From NCBI GenBank assembly GCA_963736115.1, contig CAVTNR010000013.1:1-57661 (forward strand): a DNA stretch of 57,661 nt. Reading direction: 5' to 3'. Below the pieces are notes generated by a model. That model made no database searches and was not told where the DNA came from. It was given only the letters and a program-made list of their open reading frames with translations. Source of the stretch: an uncultured bacterium. GTDB lineage: Bacteria; Zhuqueibacterota; QNDG01; DTFT01. Each line of letters starts with the position of its first letter. Within the stretch, counting starts at the first letter, position 1. The translations under genes and the position numbers were made by a program. Below are positions 18,939 to 28,763 of this stretch, in pieces.

Positions 18939-19493
18939 TCAGTGCCCGCGCCAGACCAGAACGGCGGCCGCGATACCGAGGCCGTCCGCTGCCAGGTCCC
19001 GCCAGCTGAACCCGTCCCCGCCCCAGAAACCGAACCGCTCCCAGGGAATCACCGCATCCTTCGCCTCCCACAGAACGCCTGATGAAAACACGGCGGATGC
19101 CGAAGGCCCCTCTTTGGCCTCATAAACCCTCAGAATCGAATACAGGCAGGCCGAAGCGGCGAAATGCTCGAGTTTGTCGCGGCGGAGTCCGCCCGAGGGC
19201 TTGAAGAACGAGTCCCGCGCCCATCTCCAGACCGGCCTGCCCGAAGCGCCGGGTCCGGCGTGATTGGCGTCAGTCCCGTCCTGTGAAAAACGATAAAAGA
19301 TGGGGAAAAAGACCTGCGGACGGTTCAAGCCCGGCGAGGTACGGATCAGGGCCCGGGTTCCGTCCCAGTTCGTACCGGCATGGAAATTCCGCCCGAAGGC
19401 CCGTTCGAAGCAGGGTAGCAGGAGTAACATTCCGCAGAGAACGATGCGGCCGGATAATCGGTGGGATATGGGCGTCCTCAGGGATGCCGGCAT
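18939..19493 (-). CDS. Hypothetical membrane protein with a YfiM/DUF2279-like C-terminus
   Basis: DKLEHFAAS...GVLWEAKD...GFSWRDLAADGLG pattern; GGAG RBS before ATG 19493. Confidence 0.65.
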   Translation of the reverse strand: MPASLRTPISHRLSGRIVLCGMLLLLPCFERAFGRNFHAGTNWDGTRALIRTSPGLNRPQVFFPIFYRFSQDGTDANHAGPGASGRPVWRWARDSFFKPSGGLRRDKLEHFAASACLYSILRVYEAKEGPSASAVFSSGVLWEAKDAVIPWERFGFWGGDGFSWRDLAADGLGIAAAVLVWRGH

Positions 19494-19575
19494 GGTATCT
19501 CCGTTTCGAGCGGAAAGCCGGGACCGATTCGACGAACCTTCCACCGGATTGCTTCTTTTTGTGTGGGCTGCGGGG

Positions 19576-19607
19576 AACTATGAACTATGAACCATGAACC
19601 ATGAACT
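19576..19607. repeat. Heptamer tandem array (ATGAACY)n, 32 nt
   Basis: AACTATGAACTATGAACCATGAACCATGAACT; near-identical copies at 33523-33554 (inverted) and 33605-33636. Confidence 0.85.
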
Positions 19608-20949
19608 CGTCGATCACCGCCCGTCCCTGGCGCATCATGTTGTGGAAATGCGTGTATTTGAACAGGCTGTTCCGGCCGATGAGCCTCAGGTTCCGGAACG
19701 ATTCCAGGTAATTCAGGATACGGCTGACTTTCTTTTCGTGTCCGGTCTCGAGAATCGGATAGGCGTGTTCCAGCCGTTCGACATGCGTTTCAATGACGTC
19801 GCTTTCACGTATCCATCCGATCCCCGCCAGTTTTTCAATGACGGTCCGGACCGGATCATCCGGCCGGTCTCCGAACGAGGAGCCGTTCCCGCCGCAGGGG
19901 ATTTCAGCCATGAGCGAGGTCCGTCCGGCCGGCGACATCCGGGGGCTCCGGTTTCTCGGCTCGGACACGCGGTTGAACGGGAATTCGGGATCCGGAAAGT
20001 AAACCGTTCCGGCCCGCGTGACGGATGCGCGGTTCAGGAGGAGCATGACCAGAATCAGTCCCCTGTAGGACAGGCCCCGGGACAGGGCGGCGATTTCCGG
20101 AGGGCAGGGCGGGTCGAGCATGGACAGAAAAATCGGAAGGGGCAGAGTGCTGATCACCCGGTCCGTTTCAACCGTCCCGCGGCCCTCGATGCCGACAGCC
20201 GTGATGCGGCCCCCCCGGTGCATCACCCGCGTCACACGGCTGCCGGTTTGTATGCGTTCCGTTCCGATGACTTCGGCGAGAGCATCGGTGATTTCGCCGA
20301 AACCAGAAACCGGATAGTAGAAGGCGCCGTCGAGATGACGCGTTTTGATACGGCCCGAGGCAAACGTTTCCATCAGAAAAGTGGTGAGCGACAGGCCTTT
20401 GAGTCTTTTTCCGGAAACGTCCAGGGACAGCCGGTTACAGGGCAGGCCCCAAAGCTTCTCGGAATAGTTCAGAAGGAACCGCTCCGCGATGGGCCGGCCG
20501 TACTTGTACACGGAAAACCGCTCGAAATCATCCGTCGCGTTCCTGCGGCCCGCGAGTCGTGCGCCGATCAGGTGGAGTCCCGCGCGGACCGCGCCGAGGG
20601 GGCCGATGTTCCGGATCAGGTTGAAAGGGGACAGGGGGAAGTCGATTAGGCGGCCTGCCGAATAAATCTGACTTCCGATTTCGATGACAGGCAGTCTTTC
20701 CCTGAGCAGTTCCTTCATCTCGGCAGTCAGCCGGCTGTCCTGATCGTGAAAACGGTGGGCGCCCAGGTCAAATCGGAAATCCCCGAAGGACAGGGTGCGG
20801 CACATGCCGCCGGGCCGGTCCTCCGCTTCGATTACCGTAAAATCATGACCTTTTCTGCGAGCGTAGAAACCGGCGGCCAGGCCGGCGGCACCGCCGCCCA
20901 GTATTGATATCCGGCCATTCCGAGGACCGGGGCTCCCGTGCTCGTTCAT
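19585..20949 (-). CDS. FAD-dependent oxidoreductase (amine oxidase/UDP-galactopyranose mutase-like)
   Basis: ILGGGAAGLAAG, GGMCRT, FDLGAHRF, YSEKLWG, AYP, GRNSLFKY. Confidence 0.85.
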   Translation of the reverse strand: MNEHGSPGPRNGRISILGGGAAGLAAGFYARRKGHDFTVIEAEDRPGGMCRTLSFGDFRFDLGAHRFHDQDSRLTAEMKELLRERLPVIEIGSQIYSAGRLIDFPLSPFNLIRNIGPLGAVRAGLHLIGARLAGRRNATDDFERFSVYKYGRPIAERFLLNYSEKLWGLPCNRLSLDVSGKRLKGLSLTTFLMETFASGRIKTRHLDGAFYYPVSGFGEITDALAEVIGTERIQTGSRVTRVMHRGGRITAVGIEGRGTVETDRVISTLPLPIFLSMLDPPCPPEIAALSRGLSYRGLILVMLLLNRASVTRAGTVYFPDPEFPFNRVSEPRNRSPRMSPAGRTSLMAEIPCGGNGSSFGDRPDDPVRTVIEKLAGIGWIRESDVIETHVERLEHAYPILETGHEKKVSRILNYLESFRNLRLIGRNSLFKYTHFHNMMRQGRAVIDEFMVHGS

Positions 20950-21935
20950 GAGGTCCCTGTAAAAGCGGAACGGACGAGGGCCCGTTCCTTTCCATGCCCT
21001 CTTGAAATATACAACCCAGCACCGAGTAATGCAAACGCCCACAGGAACAGAAGCCGGATGACTCCGAAAACCGCGGCCGAGCCCGCCGGGACGCCGAACC
21101 ATCCAAGGAAAAGGATGAATCCGGCCTCCCGCACGCCGTACCCCCCGATGGACGGCAGAAGTGTCGAGACGAAACTCAGCGGCATCACCACTAGAAAAAC
21201 GGAAATTGGAGCGTTCAATCCGGGTACAGCGAACGACAGCAGCCAGCTGCTGGCGATCGGAGCGATCTGATTGGCGGCGCTCCACCCGACGGCGGCGACC
21301 ATGGCCCGGGGATTGTCGCGACAGGCGTCCAGGACGCGGACGGCCTGCCGGGCGCCGTCGTGAAAAGCGGGCAGGGGGACGATCCGGAGCCCGGTTTTAA
21401 GAAGGTTGCGGAACTTCCGGGAAACCAGAAGGGCGGCTCCGGCCGCCAGGACCAGCAGAAGCGCCGCCGCGGAGATCAGGACGTTCCCCGGCACAAGGGA
21501 CTCCGACAGGAAGGCGAGGCCCCCAATGAGGACGAAACCGAGGGAAACGGCCATCCCGATCATCCTTTCCGTCAGTATGGTCCCCAGCATTACACCGAGG
21601 GGATGTCCGTACCGCCGGGACGCGAGTACGCCGCGGACGACGTCGCCTCCGTTCCCTGTGGGAAGAAACGTGTTGAAGAACGATCCGATGACATAGAAGC
21701 GCACAGAATCCCGGAACCGGAGCGCATGGCCGGAAAGCCGCGCGACGCCCAGCCAGCGCATGGCGGAGGGGCCGACCCACAGGGCGTTGACGAGAAAGGC
21801 CGGAAATACGATCCACCAGCGAACCTGGCTCAGGCGGTCCGCCAGGGATACCGGCTGCACACCCCGGATGAACCAGGCCAGCGTGCCCGCCGTGACGAGA
21901 ATCCGAAAGGCCAGCCGGACAGCGGATCGGGTCAT
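20946..21935 (-). CDS. LPG-synthase TM domain / flippase-like protein (UPF0104)
   Basis: RW, FFNTFLPTGNGGDVVR, ER and LPSIGGYGVRE motifs; multi-TM. Confidence 0.88.
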   Translation of the reverse strand: MTRSAVRLAFRILVTAGTLAWFIRGVQPVSLADRLSQVRWWIVFPAFLVNALWVGPSAMRWLGVARLSGHALRFRDSVRFYVIGSFFNTFLPTGNGGDVVRGVLASRRYGHPLGVMLGTILTERMIGMAVSLGFVLIGGLAFLSESLVPGNVLISAAALLLVLAAGAALLVSRKFRNLLKTGLRIVPLPAFHDGARQAVRVLDACRDNPRAMVAAVGWSAANQIAPIASSWLLSFAVPGLNAPISVFLVVMPLSFVSTLLPSIGGYGVREAGFILFLGWFGVPAGSAAVFGVIRLLFLWAFALLGAGLYISRGHGKERALVRSAFTGTS

Positions 21936-23248
21936 GACGCCGCGGCTCCCTTCAGCCGGCTGATCACGAACTTGAATTTTCTTCCGGACCTGAAGGGGAG
22001 CTCCTCCACGAGATGGATTCGGATCTCCATGGCTTCGCCCAGCTCCGCCCGCAGGTCGGACACCACCCGGTTCTCGACCGCGGGACCGTACCCCTCGTTC
22101 GGGACGATGTACACGTCCAGGGATCCTGCCCGCTCCTGGATGATCTGAGTGCCGCGGATGCCGTGGACGAACTTGACGGCGCGGTGCAGGCTGGACACCC
22201 ACCGCCCTTTGGCGCTGAGCACGCGGTCGCCCAACCGTCCTGAAAGTGACTGGACGACCGGCAGGGTGCGTCTGCAGGCGCAGGGGCCGGTTGCGGGGAC
22301 GGCCAGGTCACCGGTATCGTACCGGATCAGCGGAAAAGCCCGGTTGTGGAGGCCCGTGGTGACGATTCGGCCCTCCTCCCCCGGTTCCGCCGGGGTTCCG
22401 TCCTCCCGGAGAATTTCTACAATGCCGTATTCCGAAGCGGCGTGGTAATGGCCCGCCGGACACTGGCCCATGGTCGCCGTGTGCTCGTTCAGCCCGTAGG
22501 AATCGCCCACGACCGCGCCCGACCAGCGTTCGAGGATCTCCCTCTGGGATTCCAGCAGGGCTTCCCCGACGGGGATGATCTGCCGCGGCCGGATGTCCCG
22601 GATGCCCGCTTCCTCGAAACTTTGGGCCAGCTGGGAAAGAGCGAGCGGGTTGCCGCGCCAGAGGCGGATGCGCCGCTTTTTCAGCATGTCCGCGCATTCG
22701 GCCGCGTTCGACGCGTCCCAGAAGAAAATGGCGGTTTCGAGACCGCGGCACTTCCAGTTCCACGCCCACTTGTCCTTCATGTGCGTGTGATAGTTCCGGA
22801 TGTCCAGAAAGGGCGTTCCGATCCTGTAGCCGAACCAGGAATAGTGCCGCCACTGGCAGAGAAGCTCCATCACGTTGCTGCGCAGATCCCAGTACACCGT
22901 CATCGGGGATCCCGTGGTGCCCGACGTCGGCACGGCTTTCGGTTTGTACCGGTCGAAGCGGTCCGCCTTGAATCGGTCGCCGTGGTGAAACACCTCGGCT
23001 TTTCCGATCACCGGCATGAGCCGGAGGTCGTCCAAGGAACGGAAATCGGAACGGCGGATGCCTGATTGCGGCAGGATGTCCCGATAATACGGCACCTCCG
23101 AGAAGCAGTGGTCCAGCAGGGACGACAGCAGTTTCCACTGCAGCCCGCGCTGTCTGTCGAGGGGCCAGTACTGGCTTCGCCAGAGCACGCTTCGCCAGTA
23201 TGCCAGGCGATGGACGGACATGAAATCGGAGAAATTGAATCGGACCAT
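21932..23248 (-). CDS. Phenylacetate-CoA ligase family / CapK-like adenylate-forming enzyme
   Basis: VPYY, TSGTTGSP, YGLNE, PLIRYDTGD, CACRR...GR, SGRKFK. Confidence 0.88.
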   Translation of the reverse strand: MVRFNFSDFMSVHRLAYWRSVLWRSQYWPLDRQRGLQWKLLSSLLDHCFSEVPYYRDILPQSGIRRSDFRSLDDLRLMPVIGKAEVFHHGDRFKADRFDRYKPKAVPTSGTTGSPMTVYWDLRSNVMELLCQWRHYSWFGYRIGTPFLDIRNYHTHMKDKWAWNWKCRGLETAIFFWDASNAAECADMLKKRRIRLWRGNPLALSQLAQSFEEAGIRDIRPRQIIPVGEALLESQREILERWSGAVVGDSYGLNEHTATMGQCPAGHYHAASEYGIVEILREDGTPAEPGEEGRIVTTGLHNRAFPLIRYDTGDLAVPATGPCACRRTLPVVQSLSGRLGDRVLSAKGRWVSSLHRAVKFVHGIRGTQIIQERAGSLDVYIVPNEGYGPAVENRVVSDLRAELGEAMEIRIHLVEELPFRSGRKFKFVISRLKGAAAS

Positions 23249-24874
23249 TCAGTTTTCTTTCGGTTTGCGAAGCACGCCGGTCCGGTCGTTCCGCACCCAG
23301 TACTCGATCTGCCGGACCGGGACGAGAGTGTAATGCGACTCGAGATACCGACTCAACTCCACGGTCTCAGAGTCCGGAAGAACGCCCCGCCGCCTGAGGC
23401 GTTCCGTAAAGTCCCCGCCTTCGGGCCAGGTGAGGAAGCGGTTGATGATCACGGAGGGCCGCCGGTCCCGGATGTCCGCGCCGATGCCTCTCAGCCTGGA
23501 ACGGACCTGCGGGTTCGACAGGCAGAACACGTACTGCCATCCGGAGCTGATGTAAGAGGCATTGCGCACCGTCACAGGGTGTTCGGGAGTCGTGCAGATC
23601 ACATCCCCGTCTCCGGCGAGCGTCTTCAGGGTCCGTATGCTGCCGGCCACCTGCCGGTAGAGCCCGAGGCGCATATACCGCTGGGCCGTGTGAACGCCGC
23701 TCCACAGAATGACGCCTGCGAGCAGACCCGCCAGAACCGTACGCCGGTCCGCGGCCCAGTACCTGAAAAGGGAAGCCAGCGGGCCCGCGGCCGCGATGCA
23801 GGCGGTCAGCACGAACATCTGCTGATAATACTCGTAGTGCGTCCGGGCCGGCTTCAGGTAAACAAGCGCCGACAGTACGGCGAATACGGCCAGCAGGCGG
23901 CCCGATCTCGCCATGGTTCCGGCTTCCTCCCCGCACTCAGGACCGGCTTCCGGCCTCCGGCCGGAACGAAGCAGGCGCAGGCACCCCCACAGGCCGAAAA
24001 CCGCGGGGATCACCTGAATCGCGCCGCCGAACATCACAGCGCCTGTGGTGATCCGACGGCTGTTGAAACCGAAAACCCATTGCCTGAAGGGTTCCAGGAG
24101 TCCGTTCGCGGTCAGCCAGATGAAAAGCGGAAGCAGTCCGGCCGCGATTCCGGCCGCATGGATCGGAATCAGCCGGACAGTCGACTTCCATTGACGACGG
24201 TCGGCGAGCATCAGGCCCGGCATTAGAAGAAGGAATGGCGCGTACTTCGGCGAGAAAGCGAGGCTGAGGCCGAGAAGGAATCCGGCAAAGCCGAAATCCC
24301 CCGCTTTCCCGCGGCGCAGGAGAATCCACAGGGCGGTCAGGTTGCACAGTGCGGCCGGAAGGTCCGGTCTCATATTGAACAACTGGAGATTCAAAAAATT
24401 ACCCAGAAAAAGGATCACCACGGGCCAGACGGTTCCCGAATCCTTCCAGACCGTTTTCGCCATCCGGACCAGCAGGACCAGCAGGCCCAGGCTTATTAAT
24501 CCGGAGATCAGGCGAACGCTTTCCACGGGATAGGCGGTCACAACGGGGATGGCGTACAAAGGAGCGTACAGGATATACAGCATAGGGCTGTGATGCTGAA
24601 AAAAATCATCAAAGGGCAGCAATCCCTGAGAAACATGCCAGGCTGCGCTGGCATGTTCGATCTCGTCATGATCCGGGGGATAAGTGAACAGGAAAATCGC
24701 GAAACAGAGGGCAGCTGCGGCCGCGGCACTGACTTTAAAGACCAGCCGGAACCGCCTGGAGCCACGGAACATGTTCCAAGCCAGGCCCAGCAGGCCGCAG
24801 AGGCAGAGGAACAGGATGCCCATCAGCACGGCGCGCGGATACAGTAATTCCTTATGAATCAAGAAATTAAGCAT
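23249..24874 (-). CDS. GT-C superfamily (ArnT/GT39-like) membrane glycosyltransferase
   Basis: DHDEIEH...LPFDDFFQHHSPM, RPD motif, many TMs and a soluble C-terminal domain. Confidence 0.7.
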   Translation of the reverse strand: MLNFLIHKELLYPRAVLMGILFLCLCGLLGLAWNMFRGSRRFRLVFKVSAAAAAALCFAIFLFTYPPDHDEIEHASAAWHVSQGLLPFDDFFQHHSPMLYILYAPLYAIPVVTAYPVESVRLISGLISLGLLVLLVRMAKTVWKDSGTVWPVVILFLGNFLNLQLFNMRPDLPAALCNLTALWILLRRGKAGDFGFAGFLLGLSLAFSPKYAPFLLLMPGLMLADRRQWKSTVRLIPIHAAGIAAGLLPLFIWLTANGLLEPFRQWVFGFNSRRITTGAVMFGGAIQVIPAVFGLWGCLRLLRSGRRPEAGPECGEEAGTMARSGRLLAVFAVLSALVYLKPARTHYEYYQQMFVLTACIAAAGPLASLFRYWAADRRTVLAGLLAGVILWSGVHTAQRYMRLGLYRQVAGSIRTLKTLAGDGDVICTTPEHPVTVRNASYISSGWQYVFCLSNPQVRSRLRGIGADIRDRRPSVIINRFLTWPEGGDFTERLRRRGVLPDSETVELSRYLESHYTLVPVRQIEYWVRNDRTGVLRKPKEN

Positions 24875-25411
24875 GGAATTGATCTGTTCTTTCTGGTACA
24901 GCCGGCTGTTGGGTGGGTAAGGTTTCGGTTAACGGCTTGTATCGGTTAAAGGATTTAATTTATGATGTTTGATTGGAAAAACAAGTAAAATTGTGTCAAT
25001 TCTGAAATTTTTGAGCTTTTCGTTTTTAAAGTAATTTTCCGGCTTTTAAAGAGGACGTGATGTCCGGCATGTCAGACAGTAAAAACACGGCGTCCGCGGA
25101 AGAGTGCCGCAGTTTTTCATTGATTCATAATCGATTCCGGCTTAAATTTCAAAGGATTCGGAACCGGAAGGAACAATGCCGGATAAAATGGGATCGGCCG
25201 TTCAGGGCCGTTAACGACCGGCCCGGCCTTATCCCCCCAATTCCAACAGTCACGGGACTATGCATCCAGAACCCGCACGCATCCAAAACCCTCGGCAGGA
25301 TCACATGTTTACAGCCGCAGCCTGCATCCGGTTGGGACCGGATGGCGTTCACGGGATTTTAACATTTCGTGTTGATGAAAACAGAACGAGACGAGTGCCG
25401 GGAGGCAGGTC

Positions 25412-28400
25412 ATGACCATCCGTCCATCGGAACATGCTCTTGAGCCTGAAGTTCCGGGCGACAACCGGCCGGCGGAACAGTCTTTTTTCGGGAAGGAAGA
25501 CGGGTTCCGAAGTCTGTTCAGGGAATCGCGCGATTTTCTCTTTCTGTCCGATCCGGACGGCCGTATTCTGGAAATCAACGACGCGGCCAGCGCGCTTTCC
25601 GGATACACGGCTGAAGAGCTGAAAAGCCTCCATGTCCGGGACCTGTACGATCGGGCGGAGGACCGGGAAACCCTTCTGAGCGTTCTGACGGCGCAGGGAT
25701 ACATCGAAAATTTCGAGACCCGGGGACGGAAAAAGGATGGAACGGCCATCGACGTTCTGGTCAACGCTTCGATTGTCCGGGATCAGGCCGGGAGCATTAT
25801 CGGGTTTCAGGGCAGTCTGAGGGACATTTCCGAACGCAAGCGGGCGGAACAGGCACTGAAGGCGAGCGAAGAGCGTTTCCGCAGTCTGTACGAGAACGCG
25901 ACCATCGGCATTTACCGGACCGCTCCGGACGGCCGCATTCTTCTGGCCAATCCGGCCCTGGTCCGCATGCTGGGCTATTCCAGCTTCGAAGAACTGGCTG
26001 AACGCAATCTCAACCAGGTGGGTTTCGAACCGGGGTACGAGCGCCGTGAATTCAAGGAGCGGATCGAGCGGGATGGCGCAGTCGTGGGACTTGAATCGAT
26101 CTGGAAGCGCATGGACGGAACCGTCATTCATGTCCGGGAATCGGCGCGGCTGATCCAAGATGAGGGCGGCCGGCCCCTGTTCTACGACGGCGTCGCGGAG
26201 GACATCACCGATCGCGTGAGGACCGAGGAGGCGCTGAAGCGGACCGAGGCCCGCCTGACGGGATTCATGAATTCAGCCGTCGAAAGCATCTACCTGCTGG
26301 ATCGGGATCTCAATTTCATCGACGTCAACCCGCGGGCGGAACAACTTTTGAACCGGAAGCGGCAGGACGTCATCGGCAGGAATCTGACCGACCTGCTTCC
26401 GAATATCCGGGAAACCTCCCGGTTTGCGGAGTACCTGGACGTGATCCGCACCGGAGAACCGATCGAGTTCGAGGATTTCGTCTCCCATCCGGTGTTCGGC
26501 GAACTGGTTTTCATCGTCAAGGCCTTCAAGGTCGGAGACGGCCTGGGCCTGATCGCGCACGAAATCACCGGCCGAATCGAGGCGGAAAAGGCCCTCCAGC
26601 AGAGTGAAAAACGTTTCCGCGCCCTGATCGAAAACAGTTCGGACGCCATTGCCCTGCTCGATCCCTCCGGAGTCGTCCAGTACCACAGCCCGTCGTATGA
26701 GCGCGTCATGGGGTACCGCGTGGGCGAGCGGACGGGAAAGAACACGTTCGATCTGATCCATCCGGAGGACAGGCCCCGGGTTACGGAACTGCTGTCCGGA
26801 ATTCTCCGGGAAGGCGGACGCGCGGCAGTGCCGCCCGTCCGCGTCCGGCACGCGGACGGCGCGTGGCACTGGATCGAGGGCGTGGCCAATAACCTGCTCC
26901 GGGAACCGGCCGTGGCCGCGTTGGTGGTCAATTTCCGGGACATCACCGAACGCAAGGAAGCGGAAAAGGCGCTGGCCCATTCGCACGACCTGATGCGCTA
27001 CATCATTGAGCACAACCGAAGCGCGGTCGCGGTCCACGACAGGGAGATGAAATACATCTATGTCAGCCAGCGGTACCTGGACGATTACAGAATCAAGAAA
27101 CAGGATGTGATCGGAAAGCATCATTACGAGGTGTTCCCCGACTTACCGCAGAAATGGCGAGACGTTCATCAAGCCGTGCTGAGGGGCGAGGTGAGAAGCG
27201 CCGAGGACGACCCCTATGTCCGTGAGGACGGGTCTCTGGACTGGACCCGATGGGAATGCCGTCCCTGGTATGAGGCTGACGGATCCATCGGTGGTCTGAT
27301 CGTCTACACCGAGGTCATCACCGAACGGAAGCAGGCGGAGACCGAACTCCGGCTCGCCCATATGCGCAACGCGACTCTGCTCGCAGCGGTTCCGGACATT
27401 ATCATGGAAGTGGACAATCGCAAGGTCTACACCTGGGTTAACCGGGCGGGTCTGGATTTCTTCGGTGAGAACGTGGTTGGGAAGGAAGTGTCGGAATATT
27501 TCATCGGGGAGCAGGACGTTTACCGGACCGTGCGGCCGGTCTTTGAAGGCCGGGAGGAAACCGTCTACGTGGAGTCGTGGCAGAAACGGAAGGACGGCGA
27601 GAAGCGTCTGCTGGCCTGGTGGTGCCGGTCGCTCCGGGACGCGGACGGGAAGGTGACCGGCGCGCTCTCCTCCGCGCGGGACATCACCGACCGGAAGCGG
27701 ATGGAAAACGAACTCATGCAGAGCGAGGCCCTTCTACAGGCGTCCCAGAAGACGGCGCGCATGGGGCATTTCATCTGGGACATCGGAGCGGACCGCGTCA
27801 CCGTGTCCAGAACCCTGGAGGAGGTCCTGGGAATCGACGACCAATATCCCCGCTCACTGGAGGGCTGGCTCCGGCTCGTGCACCCGGAAGACCGTCCCCG
27901 GTTCCAGAATAGCCTGACGCCGGCCGGCATGCGGGAACTCCGGTCGTTTGACACGCTCTGCCGCATCCGGAGGCCGAAGGGCCGGAAGATCCTGTGGGTG
28001 CAGATCATCGGACATGTCGAGACCGACGCGTACGGAACCCCGGTGCAGTTTTTCGGGACGATTCAGGACGTCACGGAACGCAAGCTCTCCGAAGAGCGGA
28101 TACAGGCCGATCTCCGGGAGAAGGAGATCCTGCTCAAGGAAATCCACCATCGGGTGAAGAACAACCTGCAGGTGATCAGCAGTATGCTGGCGCTTCAGTC
28201 GAAGTCGATCGGGGACCCGGAAATTCAGTCGGTTTTCCAGTCGTGCCGCGACCGTGTTCATTCGATCGGCCTGGTCCACGAGAAGCTGTACCGATCCAAG
28301 TCGCTGACCTCCGTCGATTTCAGCGAATACGCGAGGACCATGATCCGCGAGATGATGATTCATTATGACGCCGGGAGCCGCATCGACGTCAAAATCAGCA

Positions 28401-28762
28401 TGCGGCCGGTTCAGCTCGACATCGAGACCGCGATACCCGTCGGACTCATCCTGAGCGAGCTGGTGACGAACGCGCTGAAGCATGCCTTTCCGGCGGACCG
28501 CAAGGGCGCGCTCCGGGTGGATTTCCGCACCTTCCGCAGGCGTTTCTGGCGCATGACGGTGTCCGATGACGGGGTGGGCCTGCCCCGGCGGAAAACCGGT
28601 CCGGGCGCCGAGGGATTCGGAATGGAGCTGATCCGGATCCTGACGGAGCAGCTCGAAGGGAAGCTTCAGGTCCGACGGGCGAAGGGCACGACCTTCACGG
28701 TCACGTTTCCTGCGGCCGAAGAGCCGCCGGAAAGGAAAAAAACAGTCCAGCGAAAGGATTGA
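25412..28762 (+). CDS. Cytoplasmic multi-PAS sensor histidine kinase (HisKA_2/HWE type)
   Basis: About seven PAS/PAC units ending in DI(S/T)ERK-like motifs; EIHHRVKNNLQ; ELVTNALKHAF; DDGVGLP. Confidence 0.93.
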   Translation: MTIRPSEHALEPEVPGDNRPAEQSFFGKEDGFRSLFRESRDFLFLSDPDGRILEINDAASALSGYTAEELKSLHVRDLYDRAEDRETLLSVLTAQGYIENFETRGRKKDGTAIDVLVNASIVRDQAGSIIGFQGSLRDISERKRAEQALKASEERFRSLYENATIGIYRTAPDGRILLANPALVRMLGYSSFEELAERNLNQVGFEPGYERREFKERIERDGAVVGLESIWKRMDGTVIHVRESARLIQDEGGRPLFYDGVAEDITDRVRTEEALKRTEARLTGFMNSAVESIYLLDRDLNFIDVNPRAEQLLNRKRQDVIGRNLTDLLPNIRETSRFAEYLDVIRTGEPIEFEDFVSHPVFGELVFIVKAFKVGDGLGLIAHEITGRIEAEKALQQSEKRFRALIENSSDAIALLDPSGVVQYHSPSYERVMGYRVGERTGKNTFDLIHPEDRPRVTELLSGILREGGRAAVPPVRVRHADGAWHWIEGVANNLLREPAVAALVVNFRDITERKEAEKALAHSHDLMRYIIEHNRSAVAVHDREMKYIYVSQRYLDDYRIKKQDVIGKHHYEVFPDLPQKWRDVHQAVLRGEVRSAEDDPYVREDGSLDWTRWECRPWYEADGSIGGLIVYTEVITERKQAETELRLAHMRNATLLAAVPDIIMEVDNRKVYTWVNRAGLDFFGENVVGKEVSEYFIGEQDVYRTVRPVFEGREETVYVESWQKRKDGEKRLLAWWCRSLRDADGKVTGALSSARDITDRKRMENELMQSEALLQASQKTARMGHFIWDIGADRVTVSRTLEEVLGIDDQYPRSLEGWLRLVHPEDRPRFQNSLTPAGMRELRSFDTLCRIRRPKGRKILWVQIIGHVETDAYGTPVQFFGTIQDVTERKLSEERIQADLREKEILLKEIHHRVKNNLQVISSMLALQSKSIGDPEIQSVFQSCRDRVHSIGLVHEKLYRSKSLTSVDFSEYARTMIREMMIHYDAGSRIDVKISMRPVQLDIETAIPVGLILSELVTNALKHAFPADRKGALRVDFRTFRRRFWRMTVSDDGVGLPRRKTGPGAEGFGMELIRILTEQLEGKLQVRRAKGTTFTVTFPAAEEPPERKKTVQRKD

Positions 28763-28763
28763 C

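Noticed and set aside
25057-25411. Riboswitch or ncRNA in the long leader before the PAS kinase
   Set aside because: GC-rich hairpins are present, but I see no recognisable aptamer consensus; an Rfam search would be needed.
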